Positions 9,322-17,495 of a stretch of 37,367 bases of DNA are shown here, in pieces (positions within the stretch are counted from its first letter, which is position 1; each line of letters starts with the position of its first letter). The position numbers and the translations under genes were made by a program. Location of the stretch: the NCBI GenBank assembly GCA_040182905.1, contig JARQWU010000076.1, forward strand, positions 1 to 37,367, in the 5' to 3' direction. This DNA is from Barthelona sp. PAP020 (lineage: Eukaryota). A model generated the notes under the pieces. The model was given only the letters and a program-made list of their open reading frames with translations, was not told the DNA's origin and did no database searches.

Positions 9322-11529
9322 TCAAATATTCTTCAAAATAAACTCTGTCTGCTTGGATACATCACTTAAAACAGACACATCATTCTTTTCTTGACCTTTT
9401 GCCAATAATTTAGAGAGAACACTCCTGAATCCCAAAAGATTAACTTTTCTGATATGATGCAAGATTTCAGTGGCAAAATAATGTTTGTATTGAGGGTCTT
9501 TAATTTGGGTTAATAACTTCAACAGATGATTTTTGGACAGATACACTTCTTTATCAAAGTTATAGTTTGGCTGATGAAACATCAAGTGAGTTATTAATAT
9601 CAACAAAGAAGCCTTTCTAATTGTCTCATGTTGAAGGTTTTCAAACAACAAAAGGAGGGTTTCAAGGTTAATTTGGTTCATCACATCCTGATAGATACAA
9701 AACTTGTTTAAACTTAAGGCATCATGCATACTGAATGACTGTTCCATATCAAAATACTCAACTTCCATAAATAAGGGATAACCTAACAGTTCAACATACA
9801 TATCAACAATACAATAAATAGTTTGAACTGATTCGCAAGTTAATGTAATGGAGTGAAGACTTTTTTGAAAATCTCCGAAGATCCTGAGGAAAAGCTCAAT
9901 CTCATTGTCTCTTATCAAGGTGGAAAATACATTTCTAATAGCCCTTATGACATAAGGAAAATACACAGGATTAACTTTTTCAAATATGGCAAACAATTCA
10001 AAGTTTTCAGAAATTGCACCCAAAACACCTTTAGCTTCACGATAAAGATATGAACTCAAGTATTTAGACATTTCCAATGGATCTTTTTGAGTCAAACCAA
10101 CAATGTGATCCAAATTAAATTTTTCAACAGAAAATGAGTCAACATCTAAATACTGATCAATGCTGTTAAAGTAATTTAACATCAAATCTAGAATAATGTT
10201 GTGATTGATACTATTCGTCAACGAATCAAGGTAGTCCGGATCCGGATGAGAAGAAAAGAGTAATCTTAACATATGAGAATGATTGGATGGGATGCGAAGT
10301 TCTTTGGGGAATATGGTTGACAAAGAGGTAACCAACAAACTTTTAACAATGTCTTTGTTCTGAATTTTCTCATCCAACGTATACATAATGGCGAATAAAC
10401 GCACAGTCAAAACAGGAGAGTATAACAAAAGCTCGAATAGATACCAATTCACATCTACGTTTTGAGCAGAAAGCAACAGCCCAATGAAAATGTTAGTGAT
10501 GAAAAAATGGGTCTGAATATCCATATAATGTGTGCTAAATATAGCTAATTCACCCATAATGTCGATATCCAAATTGATTTGGCCAACATCACTCTCATTG
10601 AAAACAGACGTCAAACACTCACACATCAACTGTTTCACTTCAATGGACATATCTTCACGTTTTATGTTGGTTAACATCAAAAGTGTCTTTCTTTGTAGAT
10701 CTGCCTGATAAGTCATGTTAATATCGTCATTTCTAATACCAATGAAAGACAGATATTTTCCTGCATATTTAAGTGTCTCTAAGCACCAAACAATGTTTCC
10801 CCTTTCAAACTGCAATGTGAGAAGGAACAATAGTACATGAGGTATCCCCAGAGTGTACCATTTCGCAATATATCTTGCAACTTCTTCAGGTTTAAGCTTT
10901 AAGCAATCTTCATAAGTGTTCACTTCAATCCTTTTCTTTATGAACGAAAAGTCATCAGTCTTTATTATTCTTTCAATACTTTTACAACCTTCAATTGTTA
11001 TCAGTGGTGATAACCCAAATGCATAAATTGGTAAATCCATCAATTTGGGTAAAATGTTTGATGAGGTTTTTCTCAATCCGTAGGTATCAAGAAAATATGT
11101 CCTTAAATATTTCATTACATAATCTGACTTCTCAAAAGCCATGTCTTCTTCAATAACAGTGGATTTAGAATTGTTTAGAACATATGAATTTTGAGAAATC
11201 AACTCAGTCAAAATATCATTGCATATCAGTTTAATAAAAGGTGCTGTATTTTGATCGTTTAGAAATTTTGAACAAAGATGTTGAATTTTCTTGACAGTTG
11301 AACTTGTTTTAGGGGGATAATATTTTACGCTAATTAAAACAAGTTTTAACGTTCTGATAATCACATAATAATTATTTACACTCTCACATCTGTGGATTAG
11401 ACTAATATAACATTCGTTTCGACTAGTATCAATTGAGATCAACTTTTTGAACATTTCTACCTCATTCATTGAGGGAACTTTTTCTTCTTGAGTATTAATT
11501 CGTATTGCTTCGGCGATTTGTTCTTCCAT
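9322..11529 (-). CDS. Hypothetical helical protein, possible VHS/ENTH-like N-terminus
   Basis: The ORF track starts at a non-ATG codon (11688); the first ATG is at 11529 (MEEQIAEAIRIN). The protein is Leu/Ile-rich and predicted helical. Function not recognised. Confidence 0.65.
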   Translation of the reverse strand: MEEQIAEAIRINTQEEKVPSMNEVEMFKKLISIDTSRNECYISLIHRCESVNNYYVIIRTLKLVLISVKYYPPKTSSTVKKIQHLCSKFLNDQNTAPFIKLICNDILTELISQNSYVLNNSKSTVIEEDMAFEKSDYVMKYLRTYFLDTYGLRKTSSNILPKLMDLPIYAFGLSPLITIEGCKSIERIIKTDDFSFIKKRIEVNTYEDCLKLKPEEVARYIAKWYTLGIPHVLLFLLTLQFERGNIVWCLETLKYAGKYLSFIGIRNDDINMTYQADLQRKTLLMLTNIKREDMSIEVKQLMCECLTSVFNESDVGQINLDIDIMGELAIFSTHYMDIQTHFFITNIFIGLLLSAQNVDVNWYLFELLLYSPVLTVRLFAIMYTLDEKIQNKDIVKSLLVTSLSTIFPKELRIPSNHSHMLRLLFSSHPDPDYLDSLTNSINHNIILDLMLNYFNSIDQYLDVDSFSVEKFNLDHIVGLTQKDPLEMSKYLSSYLYREAKGVLGAISENFELFAIFEKVNPVYFPYVIRAIRNVFSTLIRDNEIELFLRIFGDFQKSLHSITLTCESVQTIYCIVDMYVELLGYPLFMEVEYFDMEQSFSMHDALSLNKFCIYQDVMNQINLETLLLLFENLQHETIRKASLLILITHLMFHQPNYNFDKEVYLSKNHLLKLLTQIKDPQYKHYFATEILHHIRKVNLLGFRSVLSKLLAKGQEKNDVSVLSDVSKQTEFILKNI

Positions 11530-11758
11530 TAATTCATAAATTTCATATAATTTAATTATTTGAAATAAAATCTTTTGGCAAGAACTCTCGAAAAAATCGA
11601 CAAAATGAAAATTCTCTTTCCCACCTTTATTATTGGGTGAATTGCATGTATTACCGTTGAATAGCTGAAGATATAAAAAAGAGAGCAAACGCCTTCAAAT
11701 TCCTTTATTCAATAACAAACGCCAAAACAAAAAATATTCAATTACCCAATTTACACAA

Positions 11759-12994
11759 TTAAGCTTTCACACGACGATTCTTTTCAGGGTTTTCGACTAA
11801 TTCGTCAAAGAAATCAGCGACATTTTCAACACGGGATAAAAGAGTAACGGCAGCCATACCATAAAGCTTATGACTGGCTTCTTTGTATGTCTTAACACGA
11901 TGTTCTTCAAAGACATCACCATCAACTTCACCAACAGGACAAGAAACACCAGTGATATCAGCAGGAAGACAATGCATGTAAGTAGCATTGTTGGTCTTTT
12001 CCATTCTTTCACGAGTGCATTGCCAGTCAATATATGTCTTATTGGATTCCAAAGCTTCCTTTTCCAAAGCCTTCATGTCAACCTTACCACCACGATAAGC
12101 TTCGGTTCTCTTTTCCATGATGAACATTGGAGCCCAAGATTTGGGATAAACAACATCAGCATTTTCAAAAGCTTCATCCATGGATGAAGAAACAGTGAAT
12201 TTACCACCGCTCTTTTCAGCATTTTCCTTGGCAACTTCCATAATATGGGGCATCAATTCATATCCATCAGGATGAGCCAAATGAACATCCATTCCGAATC
12301 TGGTCATGAGAGCAATGATGGCTTGAGGAACAGATAAAGGCTTACCATAAGAAGGAGAATAGGCCCAAGTCATGGCAATCTTCTTTCCTTTTAAGTTCTC
12401 AACACCACCAAAATGATCAATCAAATGTAAAAGATCAGCCATAGATTGAGTGGGATGATCTTCATCACATTGAAGATTGATAACAGTGGGACGTTGGTTC
12501 AAAACACCTTCATTGAAACCAGCTTCAACAGCTTCAGCGACTTCAACTTGATACTTGTGTCCTTCACCAATGAACAAATCGTCACGAATTCCAATTAATT
12601 CAGTGAAGAATGAAATCATGTTGGCGGTTTCACGGACGGTTTCACCATGAGCAACTTGAGACTTGGATTCATCCATATCATTAACGGTTAAACCAAGCAT
12701 AGAAGCAGCAGAAGCGAAAGAAAAACGGGTACGAGTGGAGTTATCACGGAAATTGGAAACTGCAAGTCCAGAGTCATAAAGACGAGGAGAAATATTTGCC
12801 TTGTGCAATTCTTCCAAAATTTGAGAAACAGTAGCAATAGCCAGAATATCGTCATCAGACTTATCCCAAGTTCTTAAATAATCAGTTTTAAACATTTCAT
12901 GGTTAAAAGAACGTAACTGAAAAGTTAGAATGTCAAATCATAAACTCTGTGATACTTTGGTAATAAGGTCTTTAATATGAGTGAGATCAGCCAT
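11759..12994 (-). CDS. ygeW: YgeW-family knotted carbamoyltransferase (2 exons: 12994-12956 and 12916-11759; 398 aa)
   Basis: Has FRDNSTRTRFS, GETVRETANMISF, NLQCDEDHPTQSMADL, WAYSPSYGKPLSVPQ, YPKSWAP and YMHCLPADI, all characteristic of YgeW. Splicing a 39-nt GT-AG intron restores the N-terminus MADLTHIKDLITK|LRSFNHEMFKTD. Confidence 0.93.
12917..12955 (-). other. Spliceosomal intron (39 nt, phase 0) in ygeW
   Basis: Minus strand reads GTATCACAGAGTTTATGATTTGACATTCTAACTTTTCAG: GT donor, in-frame TGA, CTAAC branch site 5 nt before the terminal AG. Confidence 0.85.
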
Positions 12995-13350
12995 TGTGGG
13001 TATATATCGATAAAAAGATAAATGGATAAGAATTGGTTTACAGATGTCAAAGTTATTCGTGAATTATCTTTTGATAAAATTTTTTCACATTCTTGACCTT
13101 TCAATACTTTTGAATTGTCGATCAACAAGTTGAAATATTGTTCATGATAAGTATATTTAACCAAAAAATAAAAAGTGCACACTTTTTTATTTGCTCTTTA
13201 TCAATAAGTCAATAATAATGATTTAAGTTGTATTTTATTGATAATTTTTCAAAAAAAAAGAACATTTTCAAAGCTTCTCTCTCTAAGTCAAACGAATCAA
13301 TTCTCAAAAAGTCCTTTCCTTTTCATTTACTTTTTTTTTATTGTGTTTCA
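12995..13350. promoter_or_regulatory. Putative bidirectional promoter shared by ygeW and ygeY
   Basis: 356 bp between two divergent ATGs. Contains 8 GATAA/TTATC motifs and a central palindrome AAAAAGTG-CA-CACTTTTT (13170-13187). Confidence 0.6.
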
Positions 13351-14886
13351 ATGACAAATCTTGATACAAAGATTGCCGAATTAGCAGAAAAATATACTCC
13401 TCTTGCAGCTGAAATTCTACGTGAAGCTATTCGTATTCCCGCTGACACCTATGATGAAAATCTTTCTGGTGGTATGTCCAATAATGAAGGACCTCGTTTG
13501 GAATATTTGAAGAAGCGTATTGTTGAAGTTGGTGCTGTTGCCTCTGCTGAAGATGTTTGGTTTGATGATTTTGGTAATCTTATTTGGAAAGTCATGAACC
13601 CTAATGATGGTGTTGAACCTGAAAAACGTCGTGTTGTTTGGTTTGATGGACATACTGATACTGTTGATCCTCTTCGTGCTCAATGGCAAAAGAAAATTGG
13701 TGGTGGTATCGATTGTTTCAATGGACTTGTCGATCCTGAAAAGGTTGATCAAGAATTCCTTCGTTCTCAATTAGGATATTTACCCCCCAAAGAAGAATGG
13801 GATCAACTTATTTTTGGTCGTGGTAGTGCTGATCAATTGGCTGGTGTCATTGATCAAATTATCGCCACAAAGATTTGTCTTGAATTAATTGAAGAAGGTG
13901 CCCTTGATGGTGTTGTTATCTATAGTATTGGAACTATTGCTGAAGAAGACAATGATGGTGGTGGTCCCATGTTCATCATTCGCAACGATCTTCCTAATCA
14001 TCCTGAAATGGTTCCTGATGTTGTTATTATGACTGAAGGTACCGGAGAAACCAATCTTGGTGCTCTTGGTATTTATCGTGGTCAACGTGGTAGAATGCAA
14101 ATTGAAGTTGAAGTTGTTGGACAATCTGCTCATGGTTCAATGCCTCATATGGGAAAGAACCCTCTTGAATTTGGTGCTCGTATCATTGCTGAAGCTTGTG
14201 ACAAGTTTAATGAAAAGATTGGTATCTTAGACCATGAATTCCTTTCTCAAGGTACTAGAACTGCTTCTTGGTGCAAGATTGACACTCCTTCTGACTGTGC
14301 TGTTCCTGATCGTTTCGTTTTTAGATTTGATAGAAGAATGACTGTTGGAGAATCTCCTGAATTCTGTTTACAACACATTGAACAACTCGATTCTGTCAAG
14401 TTTGCCCGTGAAAATGGTTGTCAAGTCAATATCTCTGTTCCCAGATACAATCTCAATTCTTGGAGAGGTGTTCCTGCTGATAACGACCAAATTTATCTTG
14501 GTTGGGTTACTCCTGAAGAACATCCTTCCATTCAAGTTGCCGTTGATGCATACAAACGTATGATTTCTCCTCATCTTGAAGATTGTATGAACAGAGATAT
14601 TACTGGAAAGACTTATCACATTCCCAAAGAACCCAGAGTTGATCGTTGGATTTTCTCCACTGATGGTGTTGGATATCCCATTCCTAAGGACCAAAAGGAA
14701 GTTAAGGTTACAGATTACAAAAGATGGGTTCAATCTGGTGATTTTATTCATCCTGCAATGCTTGGAATTGGTGCTGGTTGTGAACACAACACTCACAAAA
14801 TTGGTGAATTTGTTGATATGAGAGAAATGCGTCACACCATTGCTTTCATGGCCAGATACCCTTCTTTATTTGTCAGTCAACAATAG
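13351..14886 (+). CDS. ygeY: YgeY-family M20 metallohydrolase (long form, 511 aa)
   Basis: First ATG is at 13351 (the ORF track start at 13228 is TTG). M20 metal-ligand motifs are DGHTDTV, GRGSADQ, AEED, TEG and HNTH. YgeY-type motifs are YRGQRGRM, EFLSQGT, PSDCAVPD, DRRMTVGE and DRWIFSTDGV. Confidence 0.88.
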   Translation: MTNLDTKIAELAEKYTPLAAEILREAIRIPADTYDENLSGGMSNNEGPRLEYLKKRIVEVGAVASAEDVWFDDFGNLIWKVMNPNDGVEPEKRRVVWFDGHTDTVDPLRAQWQKKIGGGIDCFNGLVDPEKVDQEFLRSQLGYLPPKEEWDQLIFGRGSADQLAGVIDQIIATKICLELIEEGALDGVVIYSIGTIAEEDNDGGGPMFIIRNDLPNHPEMVPDVVIMTEGTGETNLGALGIYRGQRGRMQIEVEVVGQSAHGSMPHMGKNPLEFGARIIAEACDKFNEKIGILDHEFLSQGTRTASWCKIDTPSDCAVPDRFVFRFDRRMTVGESPEFCLQHIEQLDSVKFARENGCQVNISVPRYNLNSWRGVPADNDQIYLGWVTPEEHPSIQVAVDAYKRMISPHLEDCMNRDITGKTYHIPKEPRVDRWIFSTDGVGYPIPKDQKEVKVTDYKRWVQSGDFIHPAMLGIGAGCEHNTHKIGEFVDMREMRHTIAFMARYPSLFVSQQ

Positions 14887-15004
14887 ATACAATGAATAAT
14901 AAAAAAATTATTTATAAATGTAGCAATATGCTTACCAATCACTTTTTTATTTTGTTAAAGAAACTAAAATTAATGTCGAAATTGGAATGGGATAAAAGAG
15001 GAAA

Positions 15005-15268
15005 TCAATTTAAATGATCGACAAAAAAATCATTCACATTCAATATCTTTTCAGCTTGTGAGGATATGAGTTGTGCTGTTTTTCCTTGTGGCGCGATTGG
15101 TACACTCAGATCATAATTTTTGGACAAAATACATTTTTCAAAAACGCTATCAGTTATAGAAAGAACCAAGCTATATCTGAAATATTTTTGAAACTCTCGA
15201 TTAACTTTCTGTTGTGTTGATTGTGATAAATGGAAATATTTGATTCGTTCACCCTCAAAATAAGCCAT
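15005..15268 (-). CDS. Divergent small Tim chaperone-like protein (Tim8/9/10/13 family) lacking most of the twin CX3C cysteines
   Basis: 87 aa. ITDSVFEKCI aligns to the family pattern LTDxCWDKCI, and LISSQAEKILNVNDFFVDHL aligns to CLxNCVDRFIDTSxFIVxRF. Only one Cys remains. Confidence 0.5.
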   Translation of the reverse strand: MAYFEGERIKYFHLSQSTQQKVNREFQKYFRYSLVLSITDSVFEKCILSKNYDLSVPIAPQGKTAQLISSQAEKILNVNDFFVDHLN

Positions 15269-15451
15269 AAAAAATCATTCTCAAAAAAAACACTCTTTTT
15301 TATTTCTTACATATAGATTACATATTTCTATTCAAAAAAAACGTTTGAAGGACACATTGTCAACAAAACAAAAAATAAAATTGAAAAACTTTACAAACTT
15401 TCTTCACTCACAATTTTTTTTTGTCTTTTTTGATAATTTTTCATCTTAAAC

Positions 15452-16597
15452 ATGTCTCATCGTAAGTTTGAAGCACCCCGTCATGGTTCTCTTGGATTTC
15501 TTCCTCGTAAGCGTTGCCGCAGAGTTCGTGGTCGCGTTAAAGCTTTCCCTAAGGATGACAAAGCCCAATCTTGCCATTTAACTGGTTTCATTGGTTTTAA
15601 GGCTGGTATGACTCACGTCGTTCGTGAAATGGACGTTTTAGCTGAAGGTCCTGTTCCTGAATTACTTGATGCCGTCACTATCATTGATTGTCCTCCTATG
15701 ATTGGAATTGGTTTAGTCGGTTATATTGAAACTCCTCGTGGTCTTCGTACTCTCACTACTGTTTGGACCTCCAACTTGGATACTTCCGTCAAGCGTCGTT
15801 TCTATAAGAACTGGTATCGTTCTGAAAACAAGTCTGCTTTCAAGAAGTATACTTCTGAATTCAGTCAAGAAGAAGTTAACCGTAGACTTGGTCTTATTCA
15901 AAAATACGCTACTGTTGTCCGTCTTATTGCTCATACTCAACCTGCCAAGACTCCTCTTGCTGTTAAGTCTGCTCATATTATGGAAATTCAAATCAACGGT
16001 GGTTCTGTTGAAGAAAAGATTGAATTCGGTAAGAACTTGTTCGAAAAGGAAATTCCAATCGACTCTGTCTTTGAAGAAGGTGAATTCATCGATACTATTG
16101 GTATTACCAAGGGTAAGGGTTTCGAAGGTGTCACTACTCGTTGGGGTACTCGTCAATTACCTCGTAAGACTAACAAGGGTCTTCGTAAGGTCGCCTGTAT
16201 TGGTCCCTGGCATCCTGCTCGTGTCAGTTATACTGTTCCTCGTGCTGGTCAAAACGGTTATCATCATCGTACTGAAATCAACAAGCGTATTTATCGTATT
16301 GGAAAGCCTGAAGATTCTGAAAACGCTTCTACTAAGTTCGATATTACCAAGAAACAAATCACACCCATGGGTGGTTTCCCTCATTATGGTTGCATCAACA
16401 ACGATTTCCTTATTCTTAAGGGATGTGTTGCTGGTCCTAAGAAGCGCGCCATTACTCTTCGTAAGTCTATTGTTGCCTTACCTAAGCGTCGTACTAAAGA
16501 ACAAATCATTCTTAAGTTCATCGATACCTCTTCCAAGATGGGTCACGGTAGATTCCAAACTCATGCCGAAAAGGTTAAATTCTACGCTAACCACTAG
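15452..16597 (+). CDS. RPL3: 60S ribosomal protein L3 (uL3)
   Basis: Starts MSHRKFEAPRHGSLGFLPRKR, with GLRKVACIGPWHP, ITPMGGFPHYG and LKFIDTSSKMGHGRFQT. Strong high-expression codon bias. Confidence 0.99.
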   Translation: MSHRKFEAPRHGSLGFLPRKRCRRVRGRVKAFPKDDKAQSCHLTGFIGFKAGMTHVVREMDVLAEGPVPELLDAVTIIDCPPMIGIGLVGYIETPRGLRTLTTVWTSNLDTSVKRRFYKNWYRSENKSAFKKYTSEFSQEEVNRRLGLIQKYATVVRLIAHTQPAKTPLAVKSAHIMEIQINGGSVEEKIEFGKNLFEKEIPIDSVFEEGEFIDTIGITKGKGFEGVTTRWGTRQLPRKTNKGLRKVACIGPWHPARVSYTVPRAGQNGYHHRTEINKRIYRIGKPEDSENASTKFDITKKQITPMGGFPHYGCINNDFLILKGCVAGPKKRAITLRKSIVALPKRRTKEQIILKFIDTSSKMGHGRFQTHAEKVKFYANH

Positions 16598-16696
16598 ATT
16601 TTTTAAATTCAATTTATTATAAATGAAGACATTAGGTGATTTTTATTATTTGTGAAAAAAAAGAAGTGATAAAGTTTTTTTCTTGATAATTTATTA

Positions 16697-17269
16697 ATGG
16701 ATTTTCGATTATCCTTACTTTCACTGTTTGATGAATGTGATCCAGATAAACTTGGAGAAGTTTCAATCGAAACAGTTTCAAATAGAATTTTGGATATATA
16801 TCCCAATTATTCGGACAATAAAAAGTTTATAAAGATGATAAATCAAGCTATGTCAAAATTATCATCAAACGAAATGACAATAAAAAGAAATGATTTCATT
16901 TTGTTTGAAAAGCAATTAAAACAATCGGTTTTTGATGCACCATACCGATATGTGTTTTCCTTCTTTGATAAAGATGATAATGGAATGTTAGAAAGACCTG
17001 AATTAGCTCGATTATTCAATGATATTATGGGTTTATCATTAACTAGAGAAGAAATCATCGATACTTTTAATTTAGTTGATCAAGATGGCAATGGAGCAAT
17101 TGATTTCAACGAGTTTAAATTTTTATGTCAAAAAGTTTGTTGGATTCCTGATATTGTTTTTTCGGATCTTGATGTTATCACTGGTAAATTAATTTTTGAT
17201 GACATTGAATTAGATGATGAAGAAGAACAAACAGAAGAAACTTTTACCGGTGAATTATTCAATAATTAA
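16697..17269 (+). CDS. EF-hand calcium-binding protein (calmodulin-like)
   Basis: EF loops DPDKLGEVSIET, DKDDNGMLERPE and DQDGNGAIDFNE, followed by an acidic tail. Confidence 0.88.
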   Translation: MDFRLSLLSLFDECDPDKLGEVSIETVSNRILDIYPNYSDNKKFIKMINQAMSKLSSNEMTIKRNDFILFEKQLKQSVFDAPYRYVFSFFDKDDNGMLERPELARLFNDIMGLSLTREEIIDTFNLVDQDGNGAIDFNEFKFLCQKVCWIPDIVFSDLDVITGKLIFDDIELDDEEEQTEETFTGELFNN

Positions 17270-17495
17270 AGTCTTTGTAAAATTGTATTGTTTTTTTTTT
17301 TGCCTGCTTTTTCAAAATTTTTTTTTTTGAACAAATTTCGACAATGATAAACAAAAAGAGAAAGGAAATTGTTTTATATTTATACAACATGCGTGAAAAA
17401 TTGTCACTCTTCTGAAATCAAAAACTAAATTATACACTACTGAAATTATTGACAAGACAAATATCATCAAACTCACAAAAACCATTATTTACTTT

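Noticed and set aside
11759..12994. Calling this gene ornithine carbamoyltransferase (argF/arcB)
   Set aside because: It lacks the OTC SMG motif and has the YgeW-specific WAYSPSYGKPLSVP and YPKSW motifs.
12925..13182. 85-aa minus-strand ORF
   Set aside because: It has a non-ATG start and overlaps ygeW exon 1, the intron and the promoter out of frame.
11759..14886. Bacterial contamination or an operon fragment as the source of ygeW/ygeY
   Set aside because: ygeW has a spliceosomal intron, the genes are divergent rather than operonic, and codon usage and 3' motifs match host genes.
13351..14940. Selenocysteine recoding or SECIS linked to the selenium-associated ygeY family
   Set aside because: No in-frame TGA in ygeY or the ygeW exons, and the 3' regions are too short and AT-rich for a SECIS.
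15726..16622. 298-aa alternative-frame ORF, plus antisense ORFs over RPL3, ygeW, ygeY, coronin and others
   Set aside because: Shadow frames caused by strong codon bias in real genes; L/V/S-rich with no recognisable motifs.
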